Below, piece after piece: positions 57,152 to 64,000 of a stretch of DNA of 64,000 nucleotides. The stretch lies in contig CAVYCN010000012.1 of NCBI GenBank assembly GCA_963767005.1, positions 64,001 through 128,000 of the forward strand, given 5' to 3'. The position numbers and the translations under genes were made by a program. Below the pieces are notes generated by a model. It did not search any database. It saw nothing but the letters and a program-made list of their open reading frames with translations, and was not told the origin of the DNA. Positions within the stretch are counted from its first letter, which is position 1; each line of letters opens with the position of its first letter. Origin of the DNA: an uncultured Actinomycetes bacterium (GTDB taxonomy: Bacteria; Actinomycetota; Thermoleophilia; UBA2241).

Positions 57152-58450
57152 ATGAACACGGGCGGCGCAAGCGGCCGCCCGGCATCGCCGTCCGTCGTCC
57201 TTCTCGAGACGGCCGCGGCAAACCGCGCCGGCGAGCGCGCCGGTGTGTCCTCTGTGTGCTCGGCGAACAGGTTCGTGCTTGAGGCCGCCCTCGCTGCGGC
57301 GGCGGCGGCCGGCTCCGTGGCGCTGATCGAGTCGACCTGCAACCAGGTCAACCAGTTCGGCGGCTACACCGGCATGACGCCGGCGGCGTTTCGCGACCAC
57401 GTGCTCGCGCTTGCCGGCGCGGCCGGCTGCGACCCGGCTCGTGTCATCATCGGCGGCGACCATCTCGGCCCCTACGTCTGGCGCGCCGAGCCGGCCGACC
57501 AGGCAATGGCGCGGGCGTGCGACCTCGTGCGTGAGTGCGTGCAGGCCGGCTACACCAAGATCCACCTCGACGCCAGCATGCGGCTGGGCGACGACCCGGG
57601 GCCGTCCGGGGCTCCGCCCGACACGCGCCTCGCAGCCGAACGCGCCGCCGAACTCGCCGCGGCGGCCGAGTCCGCCCTGGACGGGCTGCCGGCCGGCAGC
57701 CCGCCCCCCGTGTACGTCGTCGGCACCGAGGTCCCCATCCCCGGCGGCGAGCTCGCCGGCAGCGGCGCGATCGCCGTCACACGCCCGCGCGACGCCGAGC
57801 GCACGCTCGTTGCCACCGAGGACGCCTTTCGCCGCCGCGGCCTGGGCGACGCCTGGTCGCGGGTCCTCGCCCTCGTCGTCCAGCCGGGGGTCGATTTCGG
57901 CGGCGAGACGATCACGCGCTACGACCGCGGGCCGGCCCGCGAACTCGTCGCCTGGCTCGAGGGCCTGCCGTCGCCGCTCGTGTTCGAGGCGCACTCGACC
58001 GACTACCAGACGGCCGCCGCCCTGTCCGAGCTCGTGTCAGACCATTTCGCCGTCCTCAAGGTCGGTCCGGCGCTGACCTTCGCCTTTCGCGAGGCGGTGT
58101 TCGCCCTCGAGGCGGCCGAGCAGGCGGCGCTGGCCGACGCGCGCGCCGGCGGCCCGCCCTCGCGCCTGCGCCATGTCCTGGAGCGGGCGATGCGTGCCGA
58201 TCCCCGCCATTGGCGGCCGTACGCCGAGAGCGACGACGACCTGGCGCGAGCGGCCTACGGCTTGAGCGACCGGGCCCGATACTACTGGGCCGAGCCGGAT
58301 GTAGAGCGCGCCCTCGGGAGGCTGCTGGCCGACCTCGGTCCGGGACGCGTGCCGGCGGAGGGCCTGTCGACCGACGAGCCGCGGTCGTTCATCCGTCGGT
58401 GCGTCGGCGAGGCGCTCGCGCCGTACGAGACGGCCTGCGGCTCACGGTAG
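57152..58450 (+). CDS. gatZ: GatZ/KbaZ-family protein (tagatose-6-phosphate 4-epimerase type)
   Basis: IESTCNQVNQFGGYTG, GGDHLGP, GTEVPIPGG, FEAHSTDYQ, LKVGP. Confidence 0.92.
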   Translation: MNTGGASGRPASPSVVLLETAAANRAGERAGVSSVCSANRFVLEAALAAAAAAGSVALIESTCNQVNQFGGYTGMTPAAFRDHVLALAGAAGCDPARVIIGGDHLGPYVWRAEPADQAMARACDLVRECVQAGYTKIHLDASMRLGDDPGPSGAPPDTRLAAERAAELAAAAESALDGLPAGSPPPVYVVGTEVPIPGGELAGSGAIAVTRPRDAERTLVATEDAFRRRGLGDAWSRVLALVVQPGVDFGGETITRYDRGPARELVAWLEGLPSPLVFEAHSTDYQTAAALSELVSDHFAVLKVGPALTFAFREAVFALEAAEQAALADARAGGPPSRLRHVLERAMRADPRHWRPYAESDDDLARAAYGLSDRARYYWAEPDVERALGRLLADLGPGRVPAEGLSTDEPRSFIRRCVGEALAPYETACGSR

Positions 58451-58537
58451 ACGCCTCGCCGGCCCGACCGTCCGTCGCAAGGAAGCAGAGTTCGAGGAGC
58501 GCGCCCGTTCGGGTGGTGGCGGCTCGGCGTCCGCGTG

Positions 58538-59686
58538 TCAGGCGGTCGCCGCGGCGACCGCCTCGACGGCGAGCGACTCCCCGGTCGCCGGGTCGAACAC
58601 GTGCACCGCGTCGGGCGCAAGGCCGAGGGGCAGCTTCGCGCCGCACTCGAAGCGCGTGAGCCCCTTGAGGCGCGCGCAGACCCGCGCTCGCGAGCCCGGC
58701 AGGGGGGGCGGCAGCGACGGGTCGATCTCGATCGAGGCGATCTCGCCCGGCACCTCGCCATAGACGAGCGTCTCGTTGCCCAGCTCCTCGACGACGTCGA
58801 CCACCATCTCGAGGCCCGGGCGGCCGGGGCTCTCGGCCGCGAGCGCCAGCGCCTCGGGCCGGAAGCCCAGTACGACCGGACCATCGACCGCGGCGGTGAC
58901 CCGGAGCTCGAGGTCGCCGGCGCGCAGGAACCCGCCGGCGACCTCGCCGCGCAGCAGGTTCATGGAAGGCGTGCCCATGAAGGCCGCCACGAACAGGTTC
59001 CGGGGCCGGCGGAACACCTCGCGCGGCGTGCCGAGCTGCAGCAGCCGGCCGCTGTTCAGCACCGCGATGCGGTCGCCGAGCGTCATGGCCTCGGCCTGGT
59101 CGTGCGTGACATAGAGGCTGGTGACGCCCACCCGGCGCTGCAGCTCAAGGATCTCGGAGCGCATCTGCCCGCGCAGCTTCGCGTCCAGGTTGCTGAGCGG
59201 CTCGTCGAGCAGAAAGACGCGCGGCTCGCGCACGAGCGCGCGGCCCATGGCGACGCGCTGCGACTGGCCGCCCGACAGCTCGGCGGGGCGCCGGTCGAGC
59301 AGCGCGTCGAGGCCGAGGACGGCGCTCATGGCGCGTACGCGCCGGTCGGTCTCGGCGCGCGAGACGCCGTGCTCGCGCAGGCCGAAGGCGAGGTTGCGGT
59401 AGACCGTGAGGTACGGGTAGAGCGCGTAGTTCTGAAAGACCATGGCCACGTCGCGCTTGCGCGGCGGCAGCTCCTGGACCTCGTGGCCGCCGATCAGGAT
59501 GCGGCCGCTCGTCGGGCTCTCGAGGCCGGCCACGCAGCGCAGCGCCGTCGTCTTGCCGCAGCCCGACGGCCCCACCATGATCAGCATCTCGCCATCGCCG
59601 ATCTCGAGGTCGAGGCCTTCGAGCGCCACGACCGGCGGCTTGCCGCGAAAGACCTTGCGCACGCCCTCGAGTGTGACCGTCGCCAT
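58538..59686 (-). CDS. Sugar ABC transporter ATPase
   Basis: GPSGCGKT, LSGGQSQR, LDEPLSNLD. Confidence 0.93.
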   Translation of the reverse strand: MATVTLEGVRKVFRGKPPVVALEGLDLEIGDGEMLIMVGPSGCGKTTALRCVAGLESPTSGRILIGGHEVQELPPRKRDVAMVFQNYALYPYLTVYRNLAFGLREHGVSRAETDRRVRAMSAVLGLDALLDRRPAELSGGQSQRVAMGRALVREPRVFLLDEPLSNLDAKLRGQMRSEILELQRRVGVTSLYVTHDQAEAMTLGDRIAVLNSGRLLQLGTPREVFRRPRNLFVAAFMGTPSMNLLRGEVAGGFLRAGDLELRVTAAVDGPVVLGFRPEALALAAESPGRPGLEMVVDVVEELGNETLVYGEVPGEIASIEIDPSLPPPLPGSRARVCARLKGLTRFECGAKLPLGLAPDAVHVFDPATGESLAVEAVAAATA

Positions 59687-59706
59687 GGTGAGCTTCCCTT
59701 CTCTTT

Positions 59707-60636
59707 CTAACCCTTCAGTCCCTGGGTCGCCAGCGACTGCACGAACCAGCGCTGCGAGACCACGAACACAGCGAGCATCGGTAGCTGGGTCATCACGGTG
59801 CCGGCCATGATCAGGGGCCAGTTGATGTTGTGGGCGCCCTGGAACGTCATGAGGCCGAGCTGCAGCGTGTAGTTCTTCTCGGACTGGATGGCGATCAGGG
59901 GCCAGAGGAAGTCGTTCCAGGTCCACAGCAGCGTCATGATACCGACCGTGGCGAGCGGAGCGCGCATCGCCGGCATCACCACCTTGAAGAGCGTGCCGAG
60001 CCGGCCGGCGCCGTCGATGCGGGCCGCCTCTTCGATCTCGACCGGCACGGTCTTGAAGAACTGGCGCAGCAGGAACACGCCGAACGGGGTCACGAGGTTG
60101 GGCGCCATGAGCGCCGGCAGCGTGTCGACCAGGCCGAGTCCGCGCACGATCAGCAGCGTGGGCACCATCACCACCTGGAAGGGCACCATCAGCGTGGCCA
60201 GGATCACGAGGAACAGGGCGCCGTTGCCGAAGAACCGCAGGCGCGCCAGCGCGTAGCCGGCGAGGCTGCAGAACAGCAGGTTGGTGACCACGCAGGTGCC
60301 CGACACGATCGTCGTGTTGGCGAGCCAGCGGCCGAACGGCGCCTGGGTCCAGGCCGAGACGTAGTTGTGCCACTGAAAGGCGAAGTGCAGCCCGAACGTG
60401 CGCGACTGGGCGAGCGTCTGGAAGCTCGTGACGACGAGCCAGAAGAAGGGAAAGAGCATGACCACGGCGAGCGGGATCAGCACCAGGTGCCACCAGCTCG
60501 GCAGGCGGCGGCGGCGCTCCCGAAGCTCGTCGGGCCGCACCGCGCCGGGGGCCGCCCCCGCGCCGCCGGGCAGCACCCCGGCGCCGGCCAGGGCCGGTGT
60601 CTCGAGCCCGCTGTCGCTGCGCGCGCCCACCGTCAC
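59707..60636 (-). CDS. Sugar ABC permease 2
   Basis: EEAARIDGA, WNDFLWP. Confidence 0.92.
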   Translation of the reverse strand: MTVGARSDSGLETPALAGAGVLPGGAGAAPGAVRPDELRERRRRLPSWWHLVLIPLAVVMLFPFFWLVVTSFQTLAQSRTFGLHFAFQWHNYVSAWTQAPFGRWLANTTIVSGTCVVTNLLFCSLAGYALARLRFFGNGALFLVILATLMVPFQVVMVPTLLIVRGLGLVDTLPALMAPNLVTPFGVFLLRQFFKTVPVEIEEAARIDGAGRLGTLFKVVMPAMRAPLATVGIMTLLWTWNDFLWPLIAIQSEKNYTLQLGLMTFQGAHNINWPLIMAGTVMTQLPMLAVFVVSQRWFVQSLATQGLKG

Positions 60637-61622
60637 GAGCGGTAGTGGACGAGCAGGCGGCCGGCCAGGAGCTGGACCACGGTGAGCGCGAGGATGCCGA
60701 TGAACAGCACGTAGGCGATCGCCGTGGCGTAGCCCGCGTCGAAGTACGAGAAGGCCTGCTGGAACAGGTAGTAGACGACCACCGTCGTGCTGTCCAGCGG
60801 GCCGCCCCTCGTGATCACGTAGATCTCGTCGAAGAGCTGCAGGGCGTTGATCGTGAGCCACACGACGAGGAACAGGGTGGTCGGTCCGAGCAGCGGGAAC
60901 TGCACGCGCCAGAAGGCGCGCCAGCGGGTCGCGCCGTCGATCTCGGCCGCCTCGAGCAGCTCGCGCGGGATGCCCTGCAGCGCCGCGAGGTAGATCACGA
61001 CGGCGAAGCCGAGCCAGCCCCAGACGGTCACGACGACGATGCACCAGAGCGCCTGGCCGGGGTCCTGGAAGAAGCTCTGCGAGGCCAGGCCGACCTTGTT
61101 GAGAAAGAGATTCACGATCCCGAAGTAGGGGTCGAGCAGCCAGCTGAACATGATGGCCGTCGCGACCGTCGAGGTCACGACGGGGGCGAACACGGCGGTG
61201 CGGTAGAAGCGCATGCCGGTCAGGCGCCGGTTGAGCGCCACCGCGACGGCGAGCGAGCCGAACAGCGTGATCGGCACGAACACGACGGTGTACTCGATCG
61301 TGCGCCGCACCGACGCGGTGAAGACCGGGTCGTGCAACAGGCGCCGGTAGTTGGCGAGGCCGGCCCACGTGCCGCTCGTGTCGAGCGAGTTGTGCTGGAA
61401 CGAGATGACGAACGACCAGGCGATCGGCGCCACGCCGAAGAGCCCGATCAGCACCACGGCCGGCGAGACGAAGAGCCAGCCGGCCAGGTGGTCCGAGGCG
61501 AGCAGGCGGTCCCACAGGCTCGCCCGGGCGCCGCGTCGCGGAGCGCGGCCCCGGCCGGTGGCGCCGGCGGGCGTCGCCGGATGACCGGCGCCCGCCGCCG
61601 TCGCCCCTCGCTCCCCCGTCAT
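60633..61622 (-). CDS. Sugar ABC permease 1
   Basis: LEAAEIDGA, GGPLDST. Confidence 0.92.
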   Translation of the reverse strand: MTGERGATAAGAGHPATPAGATGRGRAPRRGARASLWDRLLASDHLAGWLFVSPAVVLIGLFGVAPIAWSFVISFQHNSLDTSGTWAGLANYRRLLHDPVFTASVRRTIEYTVVFVPITLFGSLAVAVALNRRLTGMRFYRTAVFAPVVTSTVATAIMFSWLLDPYFGIVNLFLNKVGLASQSFFQDPGQALWCIVVVTVWGWLGFAVVIYLAALQGIPRELLEAAEIDGATRWRAFWRVQFPLLGPTTLFLVVWLTINALQLFDEIYVITRGGPLDSTTVVVYYLFQQAFSYFDAGYATAIAYVLFIGILALTVVQLLAGRLLVHYRS

Positions 61623-61632
61623 CGCCCGCGGG

Positions 61633-62940
61633 TCACATGCCCGAGGCGATGTCGCCGTCGACCTGCTGTGCCGCCTGCTGCAGCGCCTGCTGCGGGGTGT
61701 ACTTGCCGAGCAGCACGCCCTGGATGGCCTGGCCGAGGTCGGCCGAGATCTTCGGGTAGGCGGCGATGTTGGGCCGCGCCTTGGTCACGTTCTTCAGGTT
61801 GGCCACGAACACCGCCGCCGCCGGGTACTTCGCCAGGTACGTCTTGTAGCCCGGCAGGCTGGTCTCGGCGGTGCTGAGCGGCAGGTCGCCGGTCGCGATC
61901 GCGAACTGCAGGTGCTGCTGCGGCGCCGTGAACCACTTGATGAACTGCCAGGCGCCGTTCAGGCGGCCCGCCCCGTTGTTCAGCACGACGTAGTTGTCGG
62001 GCCCCGCGATCGTGGCGTGCGTCACGTCGCCCGGCAGGATCTGCACGCCGAAGCTCACGTCCTTGTTGATCGACGAGATGTCCCAGGGGCCGGTCCACAG
62101 CATCGCGATCTTGCCGGCGTTGAACAGGTTCAGGTAGTTGTCGTTGCCGCTGTCGAGGTAGATCGAGTGGTCCTGGTTGGCCATGTCGTAGAGCAGCGTC
62201 ATGGCCTTGAGGCCGGCCGGCGAGTCGAACGCGGCCTTCGTGTTGTCGGGGGTGAGCAGGTCGCCGCCCGCCTGCCAGAGCAGCGCCAGGAAACGCCAGA
62301 CGGTGTCCTCGCTGGCGTCGTTCACATAGGCCCAGCCGAACTGCTTGGCCCCCGGGTCGGTCAGCTTCTTGGCCGCGGCGCGGAAGTCGTCCCAGGTCCA
62401 CTGCGCCGTCGGGTACGGCACGCCCGCCTTGTCGAAGAGGGCCTTGTTGTAGACGAGCGCCAGGTTGTCGACCAGGGCCGGCACGCCCAGCACCTTGCCG
62501 TTCACCATGGCTGCCAGGCGCACCGCCGGGAAGAAGTCGTTCCAGCCGAAGGCCGGGTCGTTCACCCGCGAGGTCAGGTCGACCACCTGGGGAAGCTGCG
62601 CGAGCAGCGCCATCGACGAGCCGTACTGGTACGAGATGTCGGGCGCCTTGCCGGCGGCGAGGGCGGTGCGCAGCTTGGTCAGGGCGTAGTCGTTGTTGCC
62701 GGCAAAGACGGCCTGCACCTTGTACGGCGGGTTCGTCGCGTCGTACTGGGTGACCATGTGCTCGATCGCGGCGCGCTCGACGTCGGTGTAGCCGTGCCAG
62801 ATCGTGACCGTGCCGGTGCTCGAGGCGCCCGACCCGGAGCCGCCCGACGAGGAGCTTCCCCCGCAGCCGGCCACGAAGAGCAGGGTGAGGACGGCGACGC
62901 AGACGACCGTCGCCGCACCTCCGAGGCGAGAGCGTGTCAT
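61633..62940 (-). CDS. Sugar ABC substrate-binding lipoprotein
   Basis: Lipobox VAGC, LVYNKALFDKAG, WTWDDF. Confidence 0.92.
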   Translation of the reverse strand: MTRSRLGGAATVVCVAVLTLLFVAGCGGSSSSGGSGSGASSTGTVTIWHGYTDVERAAIEHMVTQYDATNPPYKVQAVFAGNNDYALTKLRTALAAGKAPDISYQYGSSMALLAQLPQVVDLTSRVNDPAFGWNDFFPAVRLAAMVNGKVLGVPALVDNLALVYNKALFDKAGVPYPTAQWTWDDFRAAAKKLTDPGAKQFGWAYVNDASEDTVWRFLALLWQAGGDLLTPDNTKAAFDSPAGLKAMTLLYDMANQDHSIYLDSGNDNYLNLFNAGKIAMLWTGPWDISSINKDVSFGVQILPGDVTHATIAGPDNYVVLNNGAGRLNGAWQFIKWFTAPQQHLQFAIATGDLPLSTAETSLPGYKTYLAKYPAAAVFVANLKNVTKARPNIAAYPKISADLGQAIQGVLLGKYTPQQALQQAAQQVDGDIASGM

Positions 62941-62956
62941 CTCGGTACCTCCATCG

Positions 62957-63880
62957 TCAGGATGGTCCGGTCGCGGTGCGCACGCTCCGGTCGCCGCTCA
63001 ATATGACGGAGCGCGTGAGGTGGCGCGGACGGTCGCAGTCGAGCCCGCGGCTCTCGGCCGTCGCCACGGCGAAGCGCTGGGCAAGAACGAGCGCGGCCAG
63101 CGGCTCGAGCGCGGCGGTATCGGCCAGAGTGGCGCCGGTCGCCAGGATCTCGCCGGCAAGGTCCGCCGGCAGCGGCCCGAACGGCCAGACGGCGCGGCCC
63201 GGCTGGGCGATGCTGATCGGCCCGTGGCGATACTCCATCGCCGGATACGCTTCGGTCCACGCCTGGGCCGCCTCGCGCAGCTTGAGCGCCGCCTCGCTGG
63301 CGAGGCCGGCCGTCCAGCCGGTACCGAGGAAGGTGACCTGGTCGATCGCGCCCGGCTCGAGCGGGAGCGGCGCGGCGAGGGCCGCCTCGGCGGCCCTCGC
63401 CGCGCCCTCCACGTCGTCACCGAGCGACGCCCGCAGCAAGGCCAGCGCGGTCGTCGCGAAGCGCGTCTGCACGACCGACTCCTCGTCGGCGAAGGCGAGG
63501 TCGACGACGGCCCCGGCACGTGTCGCGCAGGGCGAGTCGACGACCGCCGTCAGCAGCGTCGACCGCGTGCCCGGCGACAGCGCGTCGAGCAGCGCCGCGA
63601 TTTCGCTCGTCGTGCCCGAGCGCGAGATGGCGAGGACTCGGGCCCGGCCGCGCGAGGCCGGGAGCTCGGAGGCGGCGAAGGCGTCGGTGCGACCATCGCC
63701 GGCCGCCTCGCGCAACGCCGCGTAGGCCTGCGCCATGTAGAGCGACGTGCCGCAGCCAACGACCGCGACGTCCTCGCCGGGCGCCGGCAGGGCGGCACGC
63801 ACGGCGGGCCGCGCCGCGAGGGCGGCGGCCCGGCGCCAGCACGCCGGTTGCGTCGTGATCTCTTCAGCCGTCTTGCTCAT
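62957..63880 (-). CDS. SIS-domain sugar-phosphate isomerase/deaminase (AgaS-like)
   Basis: GCGTS, ISRSGTT, SVVQT, ALKLRE, EYRHGP. Confidence 0.88.
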   Translation of the reverse strand: MSKTAEEITTQPACWRRAAALAARPAVRAALPAPGEDVAVVGCGTSLYMAQAYAALREAAGDGRTDAFAASELPASRGRARVLAISRSGTTSEIAALLDALSPGTRSTLLTAVVDSPCATRAGAVVDLAFADEESVVQTRFATTALALLRASLGDDVEGAARAAEAALAAPLPLEPGAIDQVTFLGTGWTAGLASEAALKLREAAQAWTEAYPAMEYRHGPISIAQPGRAVWPFGPLPADLAGEILATGATLADTAALEPLAALVLAQRFAVATAESRGLDCDRPRHLTRSVILSGDRSVRTATGPS

Positions 63881-64000
63881 TCTTGCGCAGATTACGCCCG
63901 AATCAATCAGACATCAACAGCAACTCGTCGGCGACGCACCGTCGCGTGTCCGTTCGTGCCCGAAACACGACCAATCGCGCAGAAGGAGTCACGGCGCTCT

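Overview
Very GC-rich actinobacterial-type chromosomal window (Thermoleophilia-like by gene content; inference). It carries kdpFAC plus partial kdpB with a short kdpD, an MMPL transporter and rpiA. It also has a GntR-regulated amine/sugar catabolic cluster with two inverted paralogous peptide-type binding proteins, gltX, etfBA-acyl-CoA dehydrogenase, a Fic gene, a GAF-GAF-GGDEF protein, an Rrf2-metY-metX-metW operon, murB, an ECF sigma/anti-sigma pair, fabI and a GH4/PfkB/GatZ/ABC/SIS sugar locus. Several signals are missed by the ORF track. These include a selenocysteine peroxiredoxin (in-frame TGA plus SECIS-like hairpin) and a second copy of the kdp-promoter repeat motif 16 kb away driving a candidate ~155-nt sRNA. 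There is also a WhiG/sigma28-type promoter divergent from a degenerate GGDEF protein with an intact I-site, a self-contained 14-codon sORF/sRNA unit, several small membrane peptides, apparent non-canonical start codons and mini-ORFs bridging adjacent genes. No CRISPR array, rRNA, tRNA or transposase was recognised.
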